Assembly (NCBI GenBank): GCA_951812855.1
Contig: OX638337.1
Span: forward strand, 870,001-902,000
DNA: 32,000 nucleotides
Direction of reading: 5' to 3'
From: an uncultured Lentisphaeria bacterium
Lineage (GTDB): Bacteria; Verrucomicrobiota; Lentisphaeria; JABSQK01; JAJFLO01
Below the pieces are notes generated by a model. The model did no database searches, was not told the DNA's origin, and worked only from the letters and a program-made list of their open reading frames with translations. Positions 10,307 to 19,378 of this stretch are shown piece after piece. The stretch's first letter is position 1; each line of letters begins with the position of its first letter. A program made the position numbers and the translations under genes.

Positions 10307-10936
10307 TCATATAAATTGCTGACATCTTGATCTGTAGAAATCAGGGTCAGTTGATTCATTATCTGCGGGTTGCGGTGCGGGAGCCTCTATTTTAGTCTTG
10401 AAAAAACCTTTAATCTGGCCGAGTAACGATGGTTGCTCTTTTTCAATTGCTTTTTGTGCCGCAGCTTTAGCTGCCTGGTCCATGACATTTTGTGGAATCC
10501 ATTTTGCTTCTAAACGACTGGAGACTTCTACTTTTTGCTTTCCATATTGCCGTAAAATTTTGATGGAATCACCAATTTCATACATCTTAAATTTCTCCTC
10601 GGCTTCAGCCTTAATTTTACGATATTGTGTACTGGGAAAATATTTTTCTACAATCTCATTTAAATCGTGCTCAATTTTTATTTCGACCTGTTTCAGTGTT
10701 AATGTCGGTGGTGTAACAGGAAGAGATAATTTCGATTTATCAACGAGAATCTGAAAATCAACTTCAGGTGCTGCTGCAGAGATACCGGCAACCTCTATTT
10801 CAAAGTCAAACCGCATTAATTCGTTATCGTATTCACCTGCTTTAGATATAAATACACATGAAATCAAGGCATGTAGTAATACGGGATATAAGCAATAATT
10901 TAGACTGGAAACAAGTTTGAGAGTCAACTTAAGCAT
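10307..10936 (-). CDS. hypothetical lipoprotein or secreted protein
   Basis: Hydrophobic N-terminus ending in the lipobox-like LISC, then a charged helical region. Lies 10 nt upstream of the 412-aa ORF on the same strand. Confidence 0.55.
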   Translation of the reverse strand: MLKLTLKLVSSLNYCLYPVLLHALISCVFISKAGEYDNELMRFDFEIEVAGISAAAPEVDFQILVDKSKLSLPVTPPTLTLKQVEIKIEHDLNEIVEKYFPSTQYRKIKAEAEEKFKMYEIGDSIKILRQYGKQKVEVSSRLEAKWIPQNVMDQAAKAAAQKAIEKEQPSLLGQIKGFFKTKIEAPAPQPADNESTDPDFYRSRCQQFI

Positions 10937-11067
10937 TGTTATTTTTCGATTTTTATCAGAACTTTATAAAAAGATTAAATACACTTTATAATTGTACAGT
11001 AAATTATCATACAAATTCAGTATAATGAACTTCTTGTATTGATTTCTTATTTGACACATTTTGGAGA

Positions 11068-11919
11068 TTAGACTAATTTGGGCATCGTCTTTGAACCTAA
11101 TGGATGGTTCAGCTGACTTAATTCCCCTCCACACAACTTTGATAAAAGAAATCCAGATCGATATATCGTCAATAATCTTCCCTCTAATAACGATGCCAGA
11201 AATAATTGTGATAATACGGTCAGCCACAAATCTTTTTTCCCGCAAAAATGTACCTTTTTGTCAGATGTCAGCCGGGTGACATTCCAGTTTTCAGCAGGTT
11301 CGATTAAATTATTATCTGCGTCCAGAAGACAATGTTTGCCGTTAAATATAACAATATGGGCGTTTATTTTTTTTCGTTGAGCAAGTTCATAAGCAATTAT
11401 GGTTAACATAACCGGAGCACCAATCCGTTGGATCAAAACATCTTCAATCAAATAGAGATCGACCCCCAGCATATCTTCGGATGCATATATAAACTCTTCA
11501 TCTCTCATAAACTCTGCCAGGTCTATTAATGTAATGTTATCAGCAAGTTTTCCTGCGATTTCTGACAAAACATTATTCGAAAACTCAATCGACATTGACG
11601 GGTTGTATTGATGATTGATTTCAAGTACACCATACCATAATCCAATTGAAAGGTTAACAGCATTTTCAATAAATGTCTTTCGATTGCGACGCAATTTTAA
11701 AACATTCCCCATTTGGTGGATTCTATTTCTGAGAACCGGACTCTTTGACTCCTGAAACTCAGCAACCAACGCATCAACATCAGTGTCAACTGATAACAGT
11801 TGCTGCATGGCTTCAGCAGCAACATGACAATCCTCATCCTCCAGGAGATTTATGAGTGCATTAATTTTTTTGTTCTCGAGTTCCACGATAAGTATTTTCC
11901 AGTGTTGATTTTCGTACAA
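11068..11919 (-). CDS. SirB1/YchA-like (transglutaminase-like fold) protein with a HEAT-like N-terminus
   Basis: The central segment DLYLIEDVLIQRIGAPVMLTIIAYELAQRKKINAHIVIFNGKHCLL...LIEP matches my recollection of the SirB1 N-terminal domain pattern (vL..R.G.pv.L..i....A.r..i....v.fp.h.ll....lI.P). Assignment is from memory only. Confidence 0.5.
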   Translation of the reverse strand: MYENQHWKILIVELENKKINALINLLEDEDCHVAAEAMQQLLSVDTDVDALVAEFQESKSPVLRNRIHQMGNVLKLRRNRKTFIENAVNLSIGLWYGVLEINHQYNPSMSIEFSNNVLSEIAGKLADNITLIDLAEFMRDEEFIYASEDMLGVDLYLIEDVLIQRIGAPVMLTIIAYELAQRKKINAHIVIFNGKHCLLDADNNLIEPAENWNVTRLTSDKKVHFCGKKDLWLTVLSQLFLASLLEGRLLTIYRSGFLLSKLCGGELSQLNHPLGSKTMPKLV

Positions 11920-12436
11920 ATTCTGAATGATAATTTAATACTTTTTCAATATAGATCCTGGTTGATTCAAATGGGATACTATCAATCACATTTTTGTTTT
12001 TAATTTTTTTCGCCCAGTTTAATGCACGAGACCTCCCGGCATTGTATTGAGCAAGTGCAAAAATAACCTGATCTTTATTGTCCCTCCATTGATATAAGGC
12101 TCTTCCTAAATACCATGTGCCAATCTCAATATTAATTTCTGATGAAAATAAAAGACCCTTTGATACTAGTTTGCGTTTTTTCTCTTTTTCCCAGTCTTTT
12201 ACAACAGGAAATGTAATTTGCATCAATCCAACTTCGCCGTGCTTTCCCCGTGCATTCGGATTAAACCGGCTCTCTTGCTTTATGACAGCTTTAACAAGAT
12301 TCGGATCCACATTGTAACGTTTTGCACATTTTTGTATTAAATAATCAAAATTATCAAGATCCTGTTTATAAATTTTCTTAAACAGGATTGAGCCAAAAAG
12401 TACTGCCAACAGTAAAAATATAGTCTTATTAATCAT
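11861..12436 (-). CDS. lytic transglycosylase (SLT domain), exported
   Basis: N-terminal signal or anchor helix. Catalytic motif QESRFNPNARGKHGEVGLMQI, then AQYNAG. Confidence 0.85.
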   Translation of the reverse strand: MINKTIFLLLAVLFGSILFKKIYKQDLDNFDYLIQKCAKRYNVDPNLVKAVIKQESRFNPNARGKHGEVGLMQITFPVVKDWEKEKKRKLVSKGLLFSSEINIEIGTWYLGRALYQWRDNKDQVIFALAQYNAGRSRALNWAKKIKNKNVIDSIPFESTRIYIEKVLNYHSEFVRKSTLENTYRGTREQKN

Positions 12437-12558
12437 GGTTCACATATAACCATCACTGCACTAATTATTTTATAGTCATTTAAGTGAAAAATATTCGGTA
12501 TCAGTCCTGAACATCATGGTTTTTAAAAGTAAATTTTAAAGATGGTATAATTAAACGA

Positions 12559-13584
12559 TTACATAATCAACATGCAGTCACCGTAACTATAGAATCTAAA
12601 ACGATTTTGAACAGCATAGTTGTATGCCCCCATAATAAAATCCTTTGCGGCAAATGTGCAAACAAGCATTATCAATGTTGATTTTGGCAGATGAAAATTT
12701 GTTAAAAGTACATCTACAGTTTTGGGTCTGTAGGGCGGATACAAAAAAATGCCGGTTTTCCCGGACGCTGATTTAACATATCCGTTCTCGTCAGCACATG
12801 TTTCTATTACCCTCACAGTTGTTGTACCGACAGCTACAACTTTACCTCCGGAACGTTTGGTATCATTAATAATTTTTGCGGATTCATCAGATAATGAATA
12901 ATATTCGTCATGCATAATATGATCCGTCACTTTATCAACAGAAACGGGTTTGAAGGTTCCCGGACCGACATGAAGGGTTAATGGGACAATCTCGACATTC
13001 TTCTTTTTTAACGTCTCGAGTATATCTCTGTCAAAATGCAGCCCGGCAGTCGGTGCTGCAACAGCTCCCGGTACTGAAGCATATACAGATTGATACCGAA
13101 TTTCATCCATCTCATCATCATTCCGTCGAATATACGGCGGCAGCGGTACATGCCCATGATTATTAATTAATTCAATCACATTTTCAGTCTGAAACTGAAT
13201 TTGAAATGTACCATCTCCATTCTCTTTGATTATCTGGTAACTGAATTCAGATTCACAAACTTCAATCTGCATCCCTTCTTTAACCCTATTTCCGGGTTTA
13301 AGGTATGAATTCCAACTCCCATCAGGCAGTTTTTCAATTAGCAATGCCTCGATCCTCCCTCCCGTTTCCTTAAGTCCCAGTAGACGGGCCTTGATTACCC
13401 GGGTATTATTTATCACTAAACAATCTCCCGGATTTAGATAGTCTGGAAAACTTATAAACCGTTTTTCTTCGTAGGATTGACGATGCTGATTCACAACAAG
13501 CATGCGTGACGAAGTTCGATCAGAGGGAGGATACCGGGCAATTAATTCTGAGGGTAAATTATAATCAAATTCAGTAACGAGCAT
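12559..13584 (-). CDS. queA: S-adenosylmethionine:tRNA ribosyltransferase-isomerase QueA
   Basis: FDYNLPSELIARYP..R..SRMLVV N-terminus, LPPYI, TAGLHF, VGTTTVR, GDCMLI. Confidence 0.95.
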   Translation of the reverse strand: MLVTEFDYNLPSELIARYPPSDRTSSRMLVVNQHRQSYEEKRFISFPDYLNPGDCLVINNTRVIKARLLGLKETGGRIEALLIEKLPDGSWNSYLKPGNRVKEGMQIEVCESEFSYQIIKENGDGTFQIQFQTENVIELINNHGHVPLPPYIRRNDDEMDEIRYQSVYASVPGAVAAPTAGLHFDRDILETLKKKNVEIVPLTLHVGPGTFKPVSVDKVTDHIMHDEYYSLSDESAKIINDTKRSGGKVVAVGTTTVRVIETCADENGYVKSASGKTGIFLYPPYRPKTVDVLLTNFHLPKSTLIMLVCTFAAKDFIMGAYNYAVQNRFRFYSYGDCMLIM

Positions 13585-13623
13585 GATGGAATCCAGTTCA
13601 GATAATTTATGGATAATGTAACT

Positions 13624-14064
13624 TCAACCTGATATAATCCGTTTAAGATCCTGTTCGACCTGTTTCTTTTTCATTACTTCTCGTTTGTCTGATTTGGTTT
13701 TTCCTTTGCATGCCCCTAAACATACTTTGATTTTACCTTTTTTCAGATAAAAGGACAGAGGGATAAGAGTAAGACCTTTTTTCTGAGTATTACTTGCAAT
13801 TTTTCGAATTTCAGCCTTATGCAGTAACAGTTTTCGTACACGTTTGGGTTCGTGATTTTCACGATTTCCTTCTTTATACTCACTGATATGAACATTATAT
13901 AATTGCACTTCTCCGTCTTGAATCTGTGCATAGGCATCTACAAAATTAATATTGTGTAATCTGCACGACTTTACTTCGGTCCCCGTAAGTACGATTCCAC
14001 ACTCATATTTATCCAGTACCTGATAATTATGACAGGCTTTTTTATTTTTAGCTAAATCCGGCAT
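13624..14064 (-). CDS. smpB: SsrA-binding protein SmpB
   Basis: KNKKACHNYQVLDKYECGIVLTGTEVKS, HISEYKEGNRENHEPKRVRKLLLHK..I, GLTLIPLSFYLKKGKIKV. Confidence 0.93.
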   Translation of the reverse strand: MPDLAKNKKACHNYQVLDKYECGIVLTGTEVKSCRLHNINFVDAYAQIQDGEVQLYNVHISEYKEGNRENHEPKRVRKLLLHKAEIRKIASNTQKKGLTLIPLSFYLKKGKIKVCLGACKGKTKSDKREVMKKKQVEQDLKRIISG

Positions 14065-14382
14065 GTCTTTATTGGTTGTTTATAAAGAAGTTTATTGTAT
14101 TATTATCTACATCCCAACACCGAAACACCCATTTCTAAATACACTGATTTAGGTCAAAGATCAGGATGATACAGATGTTTCATTAAATGAAAAATATCAA
14201 TAACGAAGCATTCATGGAAATACCATATATATCATTTCAGAAGGTGGTAGAATATATATCAAATCATATGTGCATTTCGTGATTCTATGGACAATGACAC
14301 CAATAGACTATCAGCAAGAGACTCTAAATTGAAAAATATCAATATCCAATTATTTTCGATAGATTTTTTAACAGAATAACCC

Positions 14383-14458
<76 letters not shown>

Positions 14459-14531
14459 AATACATTTGGGAATTTCAATGGACCAAGTCTCTTAATTCAG
14501 ACCAATCCAATCGTACAGATAACTTAATATC

Positions 14532-15167
14532 TTAGTTTGTATACTTCCGGTGTAAGGCGATGACGATGCCCTGTATTAAAACGTCATCAAAACGGTAGTA
14601 TTGTGAATCATATTTTTCATTTTCAGGACGAAGTTCTATTTTACCGTCTCCTAAATAAAATGTTTTAACTGTCGCTTCATCAGTATCTTTGATCAACGCA
14701 ATGACGATACTTCCGATTTCAGCTGCTGTCTGTTCTTTTGCAATTATTAAATCGCCGTTGTGAATCCCTTTATTGATCATACTATCACCTGAAACATACA
14801 GTCCGTATAATCGCTGCCCGCCTGTTCCCCGGGGAAGCATGGAAGGATCAATCTGAATGGTTTGTTCAATATTCTGTTCTGCAAATAAAGGTAAGCCGGC
14901 ACTGATTCGTCCAAGAATCGGTATGCTGAGATTCATCGAAAGGTGTTTGGGAGATTGATTTCTCGTCAGCAATAAGCTCCTTGCTTTTGAACTGCGGTCA
15001 ATAAATCCCTTTCGCTGGAGAGCTCTTAAATGTGCAAATACAGTTGCTGATGTGATTTGAAAACAATGGGCAATTTCATCAATAGTAGGAGACATACATT
15101 CACGTCGGTTAAACTCGTCAATGAAATCCAAAATATTTTGTTGTTTACGTGTTAATGAACAGCTCAT
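14532..15167 (-). CDS. lexA: SOS repressor LexA
   Basis: N-terminal wHTH (LTRKQQNILDFI...PTIDEIA...SATVFAHLRALQRKGFI), Ala-Gly cleavage site in RISAGLP, catalytic Ser in GDSM and Lys in EATVKTF. Confidence 0.92.
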   Translation of the reverse strand: MSCSLTRKQQNILDFIDEFNRRECMSPTIDEIAHCFQITSATVFAHLRALQRKGFIDRSSKARSLLLTRNQSPKHLSMNLSIPILGRISAGLPLFAEQNIEQTIQIDPSMLPRGTGGQRLYGLYVSGDSMINKGIHNGDLIIAKEQTAAEIGSIVIALIKDTDEATVKTFYLGDGKIELRPENEKYDSQYYRFDDVLIQGIVIALHRKYTN

Positions 15168-15232
15168 AAGTTGATCTCCATTATTATCGGAATTAACCTG
15201 ATTTTATCCGGCAATACATGAAAAACAACAGC

Positions 15233-15248
15233 CTGCACTATAAGGCAG
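15233..15248. promoter_or_regulatory. candidate LexA operator (CTG-N10-CAG palindrome) upstream of lexA
   Basis: CTGCACTATAAGGCAG has CTGC/GCAG palindromic arms with an AT-rich centre and lies about 65-80 bp upstream of the lexA start. It fits the CTG-N10-CAG spacing of gamma/beta-proteobacterial SOS boxes. The LexA motif of this lineage is unknown, so the call is tentative. Confidence 0.3.
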
Positions 15249-15395
15249 TATATTGCTAATTCATTTCAGTAAATCAAGATTCTATCAGGCATAACAATAA
15301 ATACTGATTTATACTAGCTAAAATATTTAATCGTTCTATAATGTCAAGCAACACATCTTAAAAATTCTGAATAGCTGTTTGTCAACCTTGGACTG

Positions 15396-15710
15396 ATGAG
15401 CAGGTTATATAATTTTTCTTCAACACAGGAAGTTTCAGAGCTTCTTGAAAAAATGGCAGGGGCCGAGCACTCTTTAGCGACGCAAATTTCCCGTCAAGCA
15501 GGACAAAAAGAATGCCGTTTTGCTCATCTATCGGCGAGTAAACCCCAATCAGACATCACCACTGCAATACCAAAGCAGGAAGCCGCAACTCTTACAGTTC
15601 AGGATGAACACAGGCGGATAGCGAAACGTGAAGATGAACTCGAGAAATTAAGGGATGAATTGGAAGCGTTAAAAATTGATTTTGATTGTTTTCGGAAAGA
15701 ATTTGAGTAA
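15396..15710 (+). CDS. DUF480 (YceH-like) protein, C-terminal third only
   Basis: RLYNFSSTQEVSELLEKMAGAE...ISRQAGQKECRFAHLSAS plus a terminal coiled coil aligns with my recollection of the last wHTH and coiled coil of E. coli YceH ([22 protein letters not shown]...LAREPGKRESRYMHLFSG). The N-terminal portion (roughly 120 aa) of the family is absent. Confidence 0.7.
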   Translation: MSRLYNFSSTQEVSELLEKMAGAEHSLATQISRQAGQKECRFAHLSASKPQSDITTAIPKQEAATLTVQDEHRRIAKREDELEKLRDELEALKIDFDCFRKEFE

Positions 15711-15945
15711 CGATTCACAAATGATCATGACCTGAAATTAGATTAGATCTCTATTTGACCCTTACCCGAAAAAACCATCTATATCATCGTGACTATTCGA
15801 ACAACCAAGACCATACGTCACACTATTTCCGATAAAATTTTCAAAAAAAAATCTGCAGCGATAATGATCTATCACTGCAGATTAAATTCGTTTGTGAATC
15901 GAATTATATTAAAAAAACGATTACAACCCAGATTCAGCCAAATTA

Positions 15946-16155
15946 TCAAGCTAAAGTTACGTTTTCAGCGGTTAAGCCCTTTTGACCATCTACGACATCA
16001 AATTCGACCTTCTGACCCTCCTGAAGGGTGCGAAACCCTGATGAGTCGATTGAGCTATAGTGAACAAAAATATCTTCTCCCTGTTCACGGCTGATAAATC
16101 CATAACCTTTTTTATCGTTAAACCACTTGACTGTTCCAGCTTCACGTTCTGCCAT
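15946..16155 (-). CDS. cold-shock protein (CspA family)
   Basis: 69 aa. [15 protein letters not shown] (RNP1) and DIFVHYS (RNP2). Confidence 0.93.
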   Translation of the reverse strand: MAEREAGTVKWFNDKKGYGFISREQGEDIFVHYSSIDSSGFRTLQEGQKVEFDVVDGQKGLTAENVTLA

Positions 16156-16578
16156 TTTATATTACTCCTACGTTCTAATTAAAATTTGTTACCTGTTACC
16201 TGACAGAAAATCTAAATTAAAAGTACCATATAATAATGGTTATTTTGTCCTTTAAATCGAATATTACTGCCAACATCGACCCATATGGTAAGTTCACTCC
16301 TCCAAATGTCAAGCCGAATATTTGTATAAATAATCAAGGCCATTCTTTGATATTCTTCGGCCTCTTTTTAATACCGGTATTGTATCTTACAAAAAATATC
16401 CCTGGATTACGGTGGATCGTGTTACATTTTATTTCAGCATGAGTACTTAATCAATAAGGATTCTAATCCGCCATCAGTTGAAAAATCAGATATGGATAAG
16501 CCGGAAGGATCAAATATGGTCAATCCGGAAGATTCGTTAAAATACTTATCGAATTTATTTGTCCGGAAACGATTTATT

Positions 16579-16879
16579 GGCGATGCCAACGGTGTTTCTT
16601 TCATTGATATAGATTATGATGGCAACCTGGATATTTATGCTTGTTGATCTGGTCGCTATAATAAATAGTCCGGATAAGCGGACGAATCTGCTTTATATCA
16701 ACAATGGCGATTTAACGTTTAGGGAGTCGGCGAGTGAATTTGGTATAGCTGATAAAGGATATTCTATCCAGGCATATTTCTTCGATTAAGACAAAGATAA
16801 CGATCTCGATATGTATTTGGTAAATCACCGAATAGATTTTCAAAATTTTGTTAATGTCCATCGTCGTTATAATTTATAA
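16579..16879 (+). pseudogene. FG-GAP/VCBS (ASPIC-UnbV/CRTAC1-type) repeat protein remnant
   Basis: GDANGVSFIDIDYDGNLDIYAC then TGA (16645-16647). After a frame change it reads RTNLLYINNGDLTFRESASEFGIADKGYSIQAYFFD, TAA (16787-16789), DKDNDLDMYLVNH. These are two typical D-x-D-x-DG-x-LD calcium-binding FG-GAP repeats, but only about 100 codons remain of a normally much larger protein. Confidence 0.65.
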
Positions 16880-17063
16880 ACCGGGAGCAAAAGATTTCAT
16901 TCAAACACCATAAGTCATTATTTTATTGCACACGTATTCAAACGAGTACGAAACCATGTCAGGTGAAGTCGGCAATAGCTTATCAATTTAAAATAATCAG
17001 TATTAAATCCTGGAGAGAAAATAATAATTTTAGTGATACTCGAGTTTTTTAATATGAATTCAA

Positions 17064-17597
17064 TCAACCCCTTAATAATGGAAATTCACCAAGGCTATGG
17101 GCTTTAGCCAAATCTACATAACGATGAACAACATCATGATGATAAGACATGTCCTTAGTGCTAACGTTTCGAATTATCTTGCAGGGAACTCCGGCAACCA
17201 TTTTACCATCGGGAATCACAGTGCCCGGCCTGATAACAGCACCGGCTGCAATTAAACAGTTTTTTCCTATAATGCAATTATCCAAAACGTTAGCACCAAT
17301 TCCTATCAGCGTTGATTCTCCTACGCTGCGACAGTGGACACACGCCTGATGACCAATAATTACATGATCAGCAATTTCTAGCGGAACCGTGTGTTTGCAA
17401 TGAATCATAACATGATCCTGGATGGAACAATTTTCACCAATATAAATCGGGGCCACATCCCCTCTTATACTTACAAAAGGCCAAATATTTGTACCTGCAC
17501 CAATTTCGACATCTCCAAGAACCGCAGCATTCCCGGCCACAAAAAAATCTCTTATTTGTTTGATAATTCCAATGTCATCATTACTGTTCACGATCAA
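17064..17597 (-). CDS. gamma-carbonic-anhydrase-like hexapeptide-repeat protein (YrdA/PaaY family)
   Basis: Left-handed beta-helix hexapeptide periodicity (IGAGTNIWPFVSIRGDV.PIYIGENCSIQDHVMIH...IGHQACVH...IGIGANV...IGKNCLIAAGAVI). His residues sit at the expected metal-ligand positions. Confidence 0.85.
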   Translation of the reverse strand: MIVNSNDDIGIIKQIRDFFVAGNAAVLGDVEIGAGTNIWPFVSIRGDVAPIYIGENCSIQDHVMIHCKHTVPLEIADHVIIGHQACVHCRSVGESTLIGIGANVLDNCIIGKNCLIAAGAVIRPGTVIPDGKMVAGVPCKIIRNVSTKDMSYHHDVVHRYVDLAKAHSLGEFPLLRG

Positions 17598-17789
17598 AAA
17601 GTTCTTAAAATGGAAGATGCTTGAAACAAATTTCTGATTGGAGGAAAATCGAATAATGTTAGAACACTGTCATTATTCACGGATAAAATTTGTATCAATC
17701 TAAGTGTTAATACCTCTATTTAGAATTATGTAACGTACGGCACATTAATTAGAAATGATGATCTATTATGATAAATAGTAAAGATACCG

Positions 17790-18083
17790 GTGATGTTTTT
17801 TTTTGTAAAGGCTGATGAAGCACATATAAAACGGGAAAAGGAAAAAGCCAGAGATTTACGCAATTCTCAATGGTGGAAAAATCAGTGCGGTCACGGACAA
17901 TGTTACTACTGCCAACAAAAGATACCTCCCAAAACCCTGACTATGGATCATATTGTTCCCATCATTCGAGGCGGGAAAACAACAAGACGAAATATTGTTC
18001 CTGTATGTAAAGAGTGTAACAATAACAAAAAATATTTGCTCCCCGTTGAATGGCAGGAATATTTACAGAAGCTGATGCAATAA
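17790..18083 (+). CDS. stand-alone small HNH endonuclease
   Basis: 97 aa. CYYCQQKI...LTMDHIVPIIRGGKTTRRNIVPVCKECNNNKK, an HNH beta-beta-alpha-metal core flanked by CxxC pairs. Confidence 0.8.
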   Translation: MMFFFVKADEAHIKREKEKARDLRNSQWWKNQCGHGQCYYCQQKIPPKTLTMDHIVPIIRGGKTTRRNIVPVCKECNNNKKYLLPVEWQEYLQKLMQ

Positions 18084-18370
18084 TCTTAGTTTTTTCGCCT
18101 TTTAAGCCGAATTGATTAACACTATTTTGATAACCGGTTTTATCATAGTAAACTAATCAGATTAGTTCATTTTATTACGTTACCAGATTGAAAAGATGAG
18201 GTTGATTGAGAAGTGAAAATATTAAAAGTCACTGAGCGTCACGGTCAATCCGGGATACTGACTTTTATCACGATTCGTATATAAGAACAGGAAATACAGC
18301 TGTTAAAATCGTATTTCACCCCTGGAATCTCAATTGTGAAATAAATATAACAGACTATTAGGAGAAGAGA

Positions 18371-19027
18371 ATGCACACAGTCTCATGTGATGATGATGCA
18401 GAAAAAAAGAGTCGGATTGATGAGAAAATTGATCAACAAAATTTAAAGAACAATGTAAAGCACACAGCATGCATTTTCGCGAGACAGATTGATGAGAAAA
18501 TTGATGAACAAAATTTAAAGAACAGGATCATTCATTTGTGGGGGGGAGTACACGATGAATCTGCAGAAAAAGTTGTAAAGCGAATTTTATATCTTGATTC
18601 ATTTGGTCATGACGATATCAAATTATTTGTAAACAGTCCCGGCGGTGTGATTTCATCCGGAATGGCAATAATTGATACCATGAATAACGTAAAGTCAGAT
18701 ATTAATACTATTTGTATGGGACAAGCTGCAAGTATGGGAGCAGTGATACTTGCTGCGGGTCAAAAAGGGAAACGTTTTATCCAACCTAACGCACGTGTAA
18801 TGATTCACCAGCCCCTTGTATCCGGACAAATTTTTGGACCCGCATCTGACATTCAAATACAGGCTGATGAAATTCTGAGAATAAAATCTTTGATTAATAA
18901 TCTCTTCGTAAAGGCAACTGGAAAAAAATTAAAACAGATAGAAGAAGATTCTGACCGTGATTTTTTTCTGGATGCTAAAGAGGCATTAGATTACGGGCTG
19001 GTTGACGGCCTATGGAAAACAGCTTAA
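18371..19027 (+). CDS. clpP: ATP-dependent Clp protease proteolytic subunit ClpP with an atypical duplicated N-terminus
   Basis: AGGAG RBS. NSPGGVISSGMAIIDTM, catalytic Ser in GQAASMGAVILAAG, His in MIHQP, Asp in DRDFF. The N-terminus lacks the usual axial-loop sequence and contains an internal direct repeat. Confidence 0.9.
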   Translation: MHTVSCDDDAEKKSRIDEKIDQQNLKNNVKHTACIFARQIDEKIDEQNLKNRIIHLWGGVHDESAEKVVKRILYLDSFGHDDIKLFVNSPGGVISSGMAIIDTMNNVKSDINTICMGQAASMGAVILAAGQKGKRFIQPNARVMIHQPLVSGQIFGPASDIQIQADEILRIKSLINNLFVKATGKKLKQIEEDSDRDFFLDAKEALDYGLVDGLWKTA

Positions 19028-19378
19028 AAATATTTTCCCCAATACGACACCAATTCCCCGCTTAAACCTTCAGAGCATAGACACGTTTGAATCACAATTC
19101 CTAAAATAAAAAATGCGGTGTGAATATAGACAAAACACTTCATTGATAAACCAATAAGCTTTAATTATAAATTAAGGCAATATTTTCAGCTGTAAAGATT
19201 CGGATTACCCAACCCGGGAATCAGCTGTTTTCAATGATTTTTACACGGTAAAACACAGGTTAATAAATCCCAAACAATTATTCTTTGCTCAAGAATCAAC
19301 TGTACTGTTAATCTGCTCAGTCCAAAAATTTCCTGATGATTGCAACTATTTTGGTATAGATGAAGTACGTTATGAAAA

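Noticed and set aside
10964-11279. ORFs of 93 aa (minus) and 72 aa (plus) at the 3' end of the SirB1-like gene.
   Set aside because: They overlap each other and the better-supported 283-aa gene. Their translations are low-complexity.
14065-14382. A tmRNA (ssrA) gene was expected next to smpB.
   Set aside because: No tRNA-like GGGG...acceptor start, no T-arm/CCA end and no tag-peptide reading frame are found in the 318-bp gap. Only tRNA-Arg follows.
16236-16442. 68-aa plus-strand ORF upstream of the cold-shock gene.
   Set aside because: No RBS, no recognisable family, and an Ile/Asn/Phe-rich composition typical of AT-rich non-coding DNA. The region more probably holds the csp promoter and long 5' UTR.
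18151-18167. The perfect palindrome AACTAATC-A-GATTAGTT upstream of clpP might be a heat-shock (CtsR/CIRCE-type) operator.
   Set aside because: It matches neither the CIRCE consensus (TTAGCACTC-N9-GAGTGCTAA) nor the CtsR direct repeat. It lies about 200 bp from the start codon, and a short AT-rich palindrome is expected by chance in this genome.
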